In this document: piece after piece, positions 43,609 to 51,538 of the stretch
Position numbering within the stretch: the first letter of the stretch is position 1
Layout: the number at the start of each line of letters is the position of its first letter
Virus record (IMG/VR): IMGVR_UViG_3300017745_000008
Coordinates: 1 to 53,737 of that record
Source: a virus
Taxonomy: Duplodnaviria; Caudoviricetes
DNA length: 53,737 nt
Strand: one strand, 5' to 3'
The notes under the pieces: model-generated
The model's input: the letters and a program-made list of their open reading frames with translations, nothing else
The model's database searches: none
What the model was told of the DNA's origin: nothing
Translations under genes and position numbers: made by a program

Positions 43609-43637
43609 ATTATAAACTATTTATAGTTATATGTAAA
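43609..43637 (-). promoter_or_regulatory. Sigma70-type promoter of hli operon
   Basis: TTTACA-N17-TATAAT. Confidence 0.7.
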
Positions 43638-43640
43638 TGG

Positions 43641-43829
43641 CTAATAGCTGTATTTCTTCAAAAAGTCTTTATTTTTTCTAACAAATTTGGTGCAATAGCC
43701 TCCCACGTCTTTATCCATTGTTAAGTGAGCCGACGTATGAATTCCTTGAATAAAAATAAGTAGGCCAAGTAGTATAAAAACTAATTGAAAAGCTGGATTT
43801 GAAATCGATTGTAAAAACTTTTCTTTCAT
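43641..43829 (-). CDS. Small membrane protein
   Basis: 62 aa with TM helix. Confidence 0.55.
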   Translation of the reverse strand: MKEKFLQSISNPAFQLVFILLGLLIFIQGIHTSAHLTMDKDVGGYCTKFVRKNKDFLKKYSY

Positions 43830-43855
43830 AAAAAAAGAGGGCCGAATGGACCCTC
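43830..43855 (-). terminator. Rho-independent terminator
   Basis: GAGGGTCC-ATTC-GGCCCTC then T7. Confidence 0.75.
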
Positions 43856-43880
43856 AGAATAACTAAGTTATTTATTTAGC

Positions 43881-44252
43881 TCAGAAGCTGTACTTCAAGC
43901 CAAGCTTAGCGCCGTATCCACGGTCAAGATCTGCGTCTCCAGAACCAACAAAGCTAATTTCGCCGTAAGCTCCAAGACCGTCGGTCAAAGCAACACCAGC
44001 ACCTGCCTTACCAGAGGGAACAGTATCAGTCTCGCCACCGTCAGGTGAAAGCAAAGTTGCGCCGCCTTGAACGTAGTAGGAAGCAGAACCACCAAGGTCT
44101 CCTTCGTAGCCAACGTGAAGATCGGTGTTTGTACCGCCGTACTCAGAACCGGTCCAACCGGCGTTTGCTTCAACGTTAACATAGGGACCTGCGAAAGCAG
44201 CACCAGCGGACATGGACAAAGCAGCAGCTGCTGCGAATACAGATTTAATCAT
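43881..44252 (-). CDS. Small outer-membrane beta-barrel-like protein
   Basis: Signal peptide, AGPYVNVEAN, alternating beta strands, terminal KYSF. Confidence 0.75.
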   Translation of the reverse strand: MIKSVFAAAAALSMSAGAAFAGPYVNVEANAGWTGSEYGGTNTDLHVGYEGDLGGSASYYVQGGATLLSPDGGETDTVPSGKAGAGVALTDGLGAYGEISFVGSGDADLDRGYGAKLGLKYSF

Positions 44253-44368
44253 AATAATTTAAGTAGTATCTCGGAAGGAATTAATTATTTCCTTGAGGAT
44301 GGAAGAGATCTCGACATGATCTCTTGTGGAAGTTGTTACTCTGTGTAAAGGAAGCTTGCCACTAGTAT

Positions 44369-44397
44369 ATTATAAACTGATTCTGCTGGTTTGTCAA
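44369..44397 (-). promoter_or_regulatory. Sigma70-type promoter
   Basis: TTGACA-N17-TATAAT. Confidence 0.9.
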
Positions 44398-45224
44398 CCG
44401 CCTAAAGCACCTAGTCTTCCTACGTATTCTTGGGCTATCTCTGTGCGTTTCTGCTTTGCTGCTTTAGACTGTCCTTTAGCCTCTTGGTATTTGCGCACAG
44501 TTGATCGGACAAGTTGAGCATATAGACTCTTATCAAGCTCAGGACGATCAATATCAATAAGTTTGTATATTTTGTTAAAGTCAATTATTGCTTTTGTGGG
44601 ATTCTCTTCTATCTTTCCACTGAGACCGAAGTCAATAAGCGTAGACTCACTACCACCTTCACCGTCTGTCATAAACTGCTGGTTATGCATGTCTCCGTGA
44701 TAGTAGCCCATCTTATGGAGATCACGGATCGCCCGAAGAGACTTACGAGCTTGGTTTTCGGTCATTGCAAGACCCCGCTCCTTCTCTTCTGGAGTGCGGT
44801 TGTATCCGTTACCCCATAATGGAGCTCCGTCAATGGCATCCATCTCAATGTGTTCATCAGATGCAGAGTGGACTGTTGGAGAGTGACCTAGCTTAGCCAT
44901 ACGTTTGCCGAGCTCTACCTCATGAGGTCCCCACTCTTTCCCCTCCTTGAGGGTTTTTACAACACGATTTTGCTTGTCGTCTTTGTAGACGATCCCGTAG
45001 TTTCCTTCGGCAAGTTTCTTCATCTTAGAGACGTCGGGGATAGAGGGCTTTGAAGGCTTTGCCTTCTGTTTCATTCTATCATTCCCTTGCACCAATTTCC
45101 ACCGGCCATTAGCCTGTTTCTGAAGTGTACGACCAGACTTGGGATTCTGGTAAACAGCGCCAGGACGCGCTGTCTTCCTTAGTGCCTCGGGCACCATTTC
45201 ATCTGAGTAGTTTACTCTTGCCAT
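44394..45224 (-). CDS. Ser/Thr protein-kinase-like protein
   Basis: LAEGNYGIVY, VVK, HEVE, LHKMGYYHGDMHNQQ, LIDFG. Confidence 0.85.
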   Translation of the reverse strand: MARVNYSDEMVPEALRKTARPGAVYQNPKSGRTLQKQANGRWKLVQGNDRMKQKAKPSKPSIPDVSKMKKLAEGNYGIVYKDDKQNRVVKTLKEGKEWGPHEVELGKRMAKLGHSPTVHSASDEHIEMDAIDGAPLWGNGYNRTPEEKERGLAMTENQARKSLRAIRDLHKMGYYHGDMHNQQFMTDGEGGSESTLIDFGLSGKIEENPTKAIIDFNKIYKLIDIDRPELDKSLYAQLVRSTVRKYQEAKGQSKAAKQKRTEIAQEYVGRLGALGG

Positions 45225-45253
45225 ATTAAAAGGATATGAAGTTCTTTCAACAA

Positions 45254-45327
45254 CGATTCAGGCTGGACTCGAACCAGCGACCGACTGCTTAGAAGGCAGT
45301 TGCTCTATCCAGCTGAGCTACTGAACC
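45254..45327 (-). tRNA. tRNA-Arg(TCT)
   Basis: TAGCTCAGCTGGATAGAGC, ACTGC-CTTCTAA-GCAGT, GGTTCGAGTCC. Confidence 0.95.
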
Positions 45328-45332
45328 AAGTG

Positions 45333-45503
45333 TTAGTCAGGAAACTTAGTTTGTAGGATATACTCTACAGTATTAGCAACGTCGTTCATTGCCTCCCTGA
45401 GATCTTCTCTTTGTCCTGACTCTTGTACCATTGTATCACGTTCGTCAGCTAACGTCCATCGCCACTGTTGCATTTCTGAGCTATACCAGAGATTAATTTT
45501 CAT
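45333..45503 (-). CDS. Small conserved cyanophage protein
   Basis: Likely start MKINLWYS..MQQWRWTL. Confidence 0.6.
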   Translation of the reverse strand: MKINLWYSSEMQQWRWTLADERDTMVQESGQREDLREAMNDVANTVEYILQTKFPD

Positions 45504-45535
45504 AAAACTTGGATTTTTTGTGACCAACCTTAATA

Positions 45536-45624
45536 ATCGGATCTACCCAGATATTATACCCGAGCTATCGCGCATCGATACAGAATGCAACGTCTTCAGA
45601 GCACGTATCTTGCGTTGGTCCGAT
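45536..45624 (-). ncRNA. Candidate structured RNA, multi-arm junction
   Basis: Closing stem ATCGGA/TCCGAT enclosing three hairpins; intergenic, relatively GC-rich. Confidence 0.4.
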
Positions 45625-45646
45625 GGATAAAGTTAATAAGTTAGAC

Positions 45647-46144
45647 CTATTCGGCAGGAGCCTCATCCGAAGCTTCTTCTTCGGCTTCAGCTTCAGCTTC
45701 AGCTTCGGGTGCTGGAGGGGTATAAACGTAATCAGAAGCACCAGCCGGATCAGTACCAGATACTTGAGCAGAAACCTCTTTAGTATGCTCGTAAATACGC
45801 TTGGCGATATTCTCGATAGAAGACTTTACATAACTAAATTCTTCCACTGTAGATACGCTTTCACTGGCAAGAAGCCAGTCTTTGATCGTGTCTTTAGTGA
45901 CGGAATCAAAGTTTACAAAAGTCTCAGCGCTCAGTCCATCAACAGAAAATGTCCTGTACCCGCCGCAGCTATAGGAGAACGAGGGCTGTGTAACCACAAG
46001 GTCTCCGCCCTCCTCAGATCCTGTTGTAACCGCATCAGATTGAGCAGAGACACCAAAGGAAGCCTCGACGATTACGTTTGAAAACTCTCCCTCTGTTAAT
46101 CTTTTCTTTACGCTCCCAATATTTAAAGAGTATTTAACGGCCAT
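45647..46144 (-). CDS. Tail-fibre-associated/chaperone-like protein
   Basis: FVNFDSVTKDTIKDWL motif; divergent from a fibre gene. Confidence 0.55.
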   Translation of the reverse strand: MAVKYSLNIGSVKKRLTEGEFSNVIVEASFGVSAQSDAVTTGSEEGGDLVVTQPSFSYSCGGYRTFSVDGLSAETFVNFDSVTKDTIKDWLLASESVSTVEEFSYVKSSIENIAKRIYEHTKEVSAQVSGTDPAGASDYVYTPPAPEAEAEAEAEEEASDEAPAE

Positions 46145-46238
46145 GGGCTATTATTGCAAATAAGTTATATTATACCATAAACCTCAAACGTAGCAGTAGT
46201 TTAAGGAATATCTAGAATACTAGCGTTAACTTTATACA

Positions 46239-47927
46239 ATGCCAGCTAACTTTAAGAAGTTTGACGTAAAACATGGCCTATCTGTTAACGGCCTAGAGTT
46301 TGTCGACGCCAACCGCAATGTTACCCTAAACAACCTAACTGTTCAAGGTACATCCACTGTAGTAGATACTAGAACCGTTTCTACAACAGACCCCATTATT
46401 AGCCTGGGGGCCTCTGGTAGCACTAGAACAATTTCCTCTATAACGGCCGCTACTCCGGGAAGACTATTTTTTAGCGCTGACGATTTTGCAGACGTCGCTG
46501 TAGGAGATTCTTTTGAGTATAACTCTGCAGGATCCGCTGCTGCTCCTCTTGTAAGCGGGACGATCTACTATGTTCTTGCTAGAGAAACAGATGTAAATAG
46601 CTCTAATTATAGAAGTATCACGATTGCGGCTTCTCAGGGTGGAACCGCAATAAATATTACAAACGCGGGGTCAGGTGCTCAGACCGCAAAGCTAAATCCT
46701 TTACAAGATCTAGGGCAAGATCTTGGTATTGAATTTAATTACGTTAGTGGGGGCGCTAAAAAAGGTTTCTTTGGCTACGACGAAAGCGAAGGACACTTTA
46801 CGTTTTTATTAGATACCACGTACAGCGGATCGAGTACTGTATCCGATACGACAAGCCCAGTTTTCACTGGTACTAAATCTGGCGCAGAATTTAGTTACGC
46901 AAAATTACAACCAACTGGCTCATTAACTTCTAACGCCTCGGCTTTAGATATAGATCAGACTTGGAACGCAGGTGGTGCAACGTTTAAAGCCGTTGAGATT
47001 GACGTTGTAGATACCGCTTCTGCAGCTGATTCTAGCTTACTGGATATCTCAGTTGGCGGTAACCAAGAGCTACTGCTTCGTAAAGACGGGGTCTTATCGT
47101 TAAACACTAGTAACCAAACTGGTGTATTGACGTTAGTCCAAGATTCTGGCACTCAGGCTACTACCACTAACTTAATCGATGGTACTTCAACTTGGAACGC
47201 TGGTGGGTCCACATTTATCGGACTAGACCTAAGCTTTACTCAGACTGCTTATGCCGCAGCTTCTAAGCTTGTCTCCATCTCTGCTAGTGCTGATAGAAAC
47301 TTTGTAATTAACGCTGAAGGCGAAATTGTTTCTAGATCTGAGTTTACAGGCGGCGGGCTTCAAACAGGCTTATTAGTCGATGTTACAGATACGTCATCGG
47401 CGAATAACTCCTTGTTGTTAGACCTTCAAGTTGGTAATACATCTAAGTTTAGCGTAGACAAAGATGGAGACGTAATTGCAGCCGGTGATTTAACGATAGA
47501 AGGATCTGTTACTATTAATGGTACTGGAAACTTTGAGGATACAGTTACAATTCAGTCCCAGACAAATGGCACTGGAACTTACTCTGACTCTACAGAGCTT
47601 CAGTCTTCTACAGCTACTATTTCGGCAGGATCAAGTGCAGCTACTAACGTTAATTCGTTTACTGCATCTTCTTTCACAACTGCTAAGCTATTAGTTCAAG
47701 TTAAGCAGGGATCAAATATTCACTCAACAGAGTTAATGCTCATCCATGACGGGACCGACGTATACATGACGGAATACGGAACCGTATATAATAGCGATAT
47801 TATAGTTACATTTGACGCTATAGTAACAGGAGGCAATGTAGAAGTAAGACTCACTAAAACTGCTGCTGCTATTACGGCTAACTCTCTAGCTACCGTTAAG
47901 GTAACTAGGACTGCTATTGCATCTTAA
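46239..47927 (+). CDS. Tail fibre / virion structural protein
   Basis: 562 aa; FDVKHGL start, NLTVQGTSTVV..T...DPIISL, DLGIEFNY, C-terminal TAKLLVQV...TELMLIHDG domain. Confidence 0.75.
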   Translation: MPANFKKFDVKHGLSVNGLEFVDANRNVTLNNLTVQGTSTVVDTRTVSTTDPIISLGASGSTRTISSITAATPGRLFFSADDFADVAVGDSFEYNSAGSAAAPLVSGTIYYVLARETDVNSSNYRSITIAASQGGTAINITNAGSGAQTAKLNPLQDLGQDLGIEFNYVSGGAKKGFFGYDESEGHFTFLLDTTYSGSSTVSDTTSPVFTGTKSGAEFSYAKLQPTGSLTSNASALDIDQTWNAGGATFKAVEIDVVDTASAADSSLLDISVGGNQELLLRKDGVLSLNTSNQTGVLTLVQDSGTQATTTNLIDGTSTWNAGGSTFIGLDLSFTQTAYAAASKLVSISASADRNFVINAEGEIVSRSEFTGGGLQTGLLVDVTDTSSANNSLLLDLQVGNTSKFSVDKDGDVIAAGDLTIEGSVTINGTGNFEDTVTIQSQTNGTGTYSDSTELQSSTATISAGSSAATNVNSFTASSFTTAKLLVQVKQGSNIHSTELMLIHDGTDVYMTEYGTVYNSDIIVTFDAIVTGGNVEVRLTKTAAAITANSLATVKVTRTAIAS

Positions 47928-47934
47928 CCTGGGT

Positions 47935-48075
47935 TTATTTACCCTGGCCTCTATATTTTTTCTTTTTGCCGTTACGACTAGTTGCGGCAAATTTAGTACG
48001 TTTGCCCATACCCTGCCTAGTGTTTTTAGGCTTGCCTTCAATATGATCAATTCCAGAAAAAGATCGCATTGCCAT
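47935..48075 (-). CDS. Small basic protein (46 aa)
   Basis: KPKNTRQGMGKRTKFAATSRNGKKKKYRGQGK, recurrent cyanophage ORF; TGATATAAT upstream. Confidence 0.7.
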   Translation of the reverse strand: MAMRSFSGIDHIEGKPKNTRQGMGKRTKFAATSRNGKKKKYRGQGK

Positions 48076-48113
48076 TGTCTTTCTTAATAAAGTTACTTAT
48101 ATATTATATCACA

Positions 48114-48458
48114 TTATCTAGCAATCTTGTTTAAGTTGTAATCTGTAGGAGAAAACCACTTTATAACTTCTAGAGCAATCTGCTCTGTTCTTGCACCTCC
48201 GCAAGTAAATATATCACAAGCAGCTATCCCTCTTTCGGGCCAGGTATGAATAGAGAAGTGCGATTCTGAAAGCAAGAACAATGCTGTAAAGCCCTGAGGC
48301 TGAAATTTATGCTTCTGAATACTTAGGACATTACATTCAAAATCCCATAAGGTGCCTTCCATAAATTTTATAAAATCTTCCATAGAGTCTAGAAGTAAAA
48401 AGTCAGAACCTTTGACGTCTAAGATTAAATGTGTTCCTATTGAGTTTGAAAATTCCAT
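48114..48458 (-). CDS. speD: S-adenosylmethionine decarboxylase proenzyme
   Basis: GTHLILD, HKFQPQG.T, LLSESHFSIHTWPE, DIFTCG. Confidence 0.95.
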   Translation of the reverse strand: MEFSNSIGTHLILDVKGSDFLLLDSMEDFIKFMEGTLWDFECNVLSIQKHKFQPQGFTALFLLSESHFSIHTWPERGIAACDIFTCGGARTEQIALEVIKWFSPTDYNLNKIAR

Positions 48459-49252
48459 TAAAAATTAAAGATAAAAATATCTGAAGAAGCATACAGGCTA
48501 TCTTCTTTAAACTGCGAAATAACTTTGCTATAATAGTTTTTAGACCAAGATAGAATTTTTTTGTCTACAAGACCTCTGCTTAAAAGCCTTGCGCTTAATA
48601 AAAATTTAAATCCCTTAGAGCTAATATAATCAATGTATTCTAAATATTCTCTCTTTAAATGCTGAGGTGAAGGAAAAGGAACATTTAGATATACGATAGA
48701 CTTTTTAGTTAGTAGGTTTTCGTCTAGAGAACCAAACTTACCCAGCTGTATAATAAAATCAGAGCTAACGAGTTTTTTATTATTAACCCTAATATTTTCT
48801 ACACTTAAAGGATGCGGGAAGTATTCTCCTTTAAAGTTTCCGTACTTATCAAATTTATATCTGAATCCAGAACAAGCCAACAAACAATATAGCTTTGCTA
48901 TAGTTCTTCTTGAGGGGTCTTTTAACTCAGAGTTAACTTCTCTTCTTAGCCTATAAAATTTTCTCGGATTCCAAGCTTTTTGAAAACTAGTTTTAAACTC
49001 TTCTAAAATTAGATCTTCAGCATATGGCATTCTAACAAGATCGTGAAGATGAAATATATGGGGTTCTTTTGTTATCCCCATTCCCCCCTTACATCCGTAT
49101 AGTACCTCTCCTGTAGAGAGCTTAAGATCATAGATATAACTGTCACTAAGACCTAATTTTAGGCCGAAAAAAGTTTCTTTCGACCCTTCAAGCAGCTGTT
49201 GTCCAGCATATGGTAAAATATACCTATTTAAGCTTTCTCCAGGATCTGCCAT
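48458..49252 (-). CDS. Degenerate Dam/D12-class methyltransferase-like protein
   Basis: ILPYAG, FRYKFDKYGNF, IVYLNVPF, GFKFLLS align in order with Dam motifs. Confidence 0.5.
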   Translation of the reverse strand: MADPGESLNRYILPYAGQQLLEGSKETFFGLKLGLSDSYIYDLKLSTGEVLYGCKGGMGITKEPHIFHLHDLVRMPYAEDLILEEFKTSFQKAWNPRKFYRLRREVNSELKDPSRRTIAKLYCLLACSGFRYKFDKYGNFKGEYFPHPLSVENIRVNNKKLVSSDFIIQLGKFGSLDENLLTKKSIVYLNVPFPSPQHLKREYLEYIDYISSKGFKFLLSARLLSRGLVDKKILSWSKNYYSKVISQFKEDSLYASSDIFIFNF

Positions 49253-49568
49253 TAAAGAAACAAAACAAGTTTTTACTGTATATTCTTATTGTACCAGGAG
49301 GAGTCTTTTTATAGGAGCTCCTGTCACCAAATGTATCTAAGAGCAGATATTCTGTGTATTCTTCTGTGTTCTCTACTATAGACATGGACTTTTCAAGTAA
49401 CTTTTTAATTACTATTAGAGGAACTTTAATATTCTTCTCAAAGGGGTAGTAGAACTGCCCCATTTTTTCAATACGCCTTTCCACAAACAAAAGGTGGTGA
49501 GGTCTGAACTCTAAATATTTATCCGATCTTATCCTGAAGGGTGATGGTAACAAGGATTCTCCTTTCAT
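49224..49568 (-). CDS. Hypothetical protein
   Basis: 114 aa, extended -10 upstream. Confidence 0.6.
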   Translation of the reverse strand: MKGESLLPSPFRIRSDKYLEFRPHHLLFVERRIEKMGQFYYPFEKNIKVPLIVIKKLLEKSMSIVENTEEYTEYLLLDTFGDRSSYKKTPPGTIRIYSKNLFCFFNGRSWRKLK

Positions 49569-49587
49569 CGGATTATATTATATCAGA

Positions 49588-49893
49588 TTACTTCTTAGGC
49601 TCAATAGCTGATTTTACAGGAGGTTGAGTTGTGGAAGCCTGAGAATTGTTGTTGTTTTTAGCGTTCTTAGCAGTGGCCAAACCAAATGAGGCCATCGCTC
49701 CACTAAATACAGAAGCAATAAACGTTGGGTCAAACTCTAGTAATCTCTTGCCATCAGGGAGCCTAACGTAAGAAAAAGTAAGCAAAGCGGCGGACCAAAC
49801 TAAAATAGTAACTTTAACTAAATCCTCTAGTCTCTCTTTGAGCATATCTTCTTTCTCTTCTTTGGGTTTTTCGGTGGTTTGATCTACATCCAT
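49588..49893 (-). CDS. Two-TM membrane protein (possible holin-like)
   Basis: ILVWSAALLTFSY...FDPTFIASVFSG; GTTTAAAA upstream. Confidence 0.6.
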   Translation of the reverse strand: MDVDQTTEKPKEEKEDMLKERLEDLVKVTILVWSAALLTFSYVRLPDGKRLLEFDPTFIASVFSGAMASFGLATAKNAKNNNNSQASTTQPPVKSAIEPKK

Positions 49894-49954
49894 ATTATAT
49901 ACACAATAAGTCTCTGAATAATTTTAAACAATAGACTTTTAGCGCATATAAAAC

Positions 49955-50098
49955 TTATTTCTTATCAAAAGTTATAGGATAAAGCTGGTTTAAAATCTCG
50001 TCGTATTCTTTGTACCAACCGCTCCCCGGTACCTCTTTTTGTTGCTGTTTTCTAACCGAGCTAAAAATTAGCTTCCATTGGTGATTACTAAATTCCAT
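49955..50098 (-). CDS. Small hypothetical protein (47 aa)
   Basis: MEFSNHQWKLIFSSVRKQQ... Confidence 0.5.
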   Translation of the reverse strand: MEFSNHQWKLIFSSVRKQQQKEVPGSGWYKEYDEILNQLYPITFDKK

Positions 50099-50123
50099 AA
50101 AAAAGAGGACCGCTACGGTCCTT
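50099..50123 (-). terminator. Rho-independent terminator
   Basis: AGGACCG-TAG-CGGTCCT-C-TTTTTT after the pur block. Confidence 0.75.
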
Positions 50124-50148
50124 TAATCTAAATTCTTAACTTTAACAT

Positions 50149-50442
50149 TTACAAGGTCCTTTCTAGTCGATTTGTTGCTTGGTCGGGGAAGTCTCTAGGT
50201 CGACTATCACCGGCATTATCGGTTCTAGCAGAACCTTCATTTGCTTTCATTGTGTGCTGAAAATTTGCTCTTTTATATCTCAGACCAAGCGGATCAGGCA
50301 TCCAATATGTTACTTGCCAGTCTTGTTCTGGACATAACTCAAGATGTTTTTCTACAGAGTGGTTGAAAATGCCCATTTGAACGTGGCCGTCGTGAGTAAC
50401 ACATCTGCCGAATCCGATGTCGACTAGGAAAAGCATTTTCAT
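50149..50442 (-). CDS. Hypothetical cyanophage protein
   Basis: 97 aa, ATGA overlap with purM. Confidence 0.65.
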   Translation of the reverse strand: MKMLFLVDIGFGRCVTHDGHVQMGIFNHSVEKHLELCPEQDWQVTYWMPDPLGLRYKRANFQHTMKANEGSARTDNAGDSRPRDFPDQATNRLERTL

Positions 50443-51368
50443 TTAACCTCGCCGATCACCCAAGACCGCATGCCAAACGGCGTATCAGCAATCACCTCCT
50501 GCGTGAGTTGAACAGCATCTCTAGGCACAACTAAGCAAAATCCTATGCCGAGGTTAAATACATTTCTCATTTCTTCTTCCGCTATGTCTCCAGCCTCTTG
50601 AATCTTATTGAAGAGTTCTGGTCTCTCCCAGGAGTTGTAGTCTACATCAACAGTCATACCTTTAGGGAGACACCTAGGAAGGTTTTCAGGTATACCGCCA
50701 CCAGTGATATGTGACATACCTAGAATAGGAACCACATCTAACAGATCCTGAATTAGTGGAGAATAGATGGTGGTTGGAACTATCAACTCTGGCATCAACG
50801 AATAATAGATAAGTTTTTTCCATATCATATCATTAATCAGTGTGTATCCATTACTATGAAGTCCGCTACTCTCAATACCAATGACTACATCACCAGGTCT
50901 GATGTTACTACCGTCAACAATCTGATTCTTCTCTACAACACCAGTACAGAATCCAGCAAGGTCATAGTCAGTTGCTCTAAAATGTTCGGCAGTTTCTCCA
51001 CCTAGTAGTTCCATTCCAGCCATCGCACATCCAGTAGCAACTCCATGCACAATGTCAGTGACATTAGCATCTAGTGTTTTGGTTGAGATATAATCTAGAA
51101 AATATAATGGTTTAGCGCCAGAACATATAACGTCATTGACGCACATAGCAACGAGATCCTGACCAATAGTGGTGTAATCATTAGCAATCCTACAAATGTT
51201 AATTTTAGTACCGACGCCATCAGCACCAGATACCAGCACAGGTTTCTCGTATCCTGATGGGATCTCCATCATTCCATTGAACCCACCAATACTAGGTGCT
51301 AATGCTTTGAGATATTCTACAAAGGATCTACCTTTGATAATGTCAACACCAGAAGTTTTGTAGTCCAT
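50439..51368 (-). CDS. purM: Phosphoribosylaminoimidazole (AIR) synthetase
   Basis: Y..SGVDI, DGVGTK, DLVAMCVND, GGETAE, SSGLHSNGY, HITGGG, FNLGIG. Confidence 0.97.
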   Translation of the reverse strand: MDYKTSGVDIIKGRSFVEYLKALAPSIGGFNGMMEIPSGYEKPVLVSGADGVGTKINICRIANDYTTIGQDLVAMCVNDVICSGAKPLYFLDYISTKTLDANVTDIVHGVATGCAMAGMELLGGETAEHFRATDYDLAGFCTGVVEKNQIVDGSNIRPGDVVIGIESSGLHSNGYTLINDMIWKKLIYYSLMPELIVPTTIYSPLIQDLLDVVPILGMSHITGGGIPENLPRCLPKGMTVDVDYNSWERPELFNKIQEAGDIAEEEMRNVFNLGIGFCLVVPRDAVQLTQEVIADTPFGMRSWVIGEVK

Positions 51369-51538
51369 TAATCTCTCCCTAAACGAATGTACAATGTGAT
51401 GAGTGATTGTGAGATTAGATCACAAGAATATGTAAATCCTTGTTTGTTTTCTTCATCCCAGTGTTCTCTTTGACTTTTAAGAATAGCAGAAAACTCTTTA
51501 ATCTTAGACCTCATCTCTTCTTTTGTCAACTTATCCAA
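51368..51538 (-). CDS. Hypothetical protein
   Basis: Probable TTG start; stop coupled to purM ATG. Confidence 0.5.
   Translation of the reverse strand: MDKLTKEEMRSKIKEFSAILKSQREHWDEENKQGFTYSCDLISQSLITLYIRLGRD

Noticed and set aside
45536-45624. Assignment as wcaG RNA or a canonical tRNA
   Set aside because: No UGGYG elements expected for wcaG and no TTC T-loop or GG D-loop; left as an unassigned candidate
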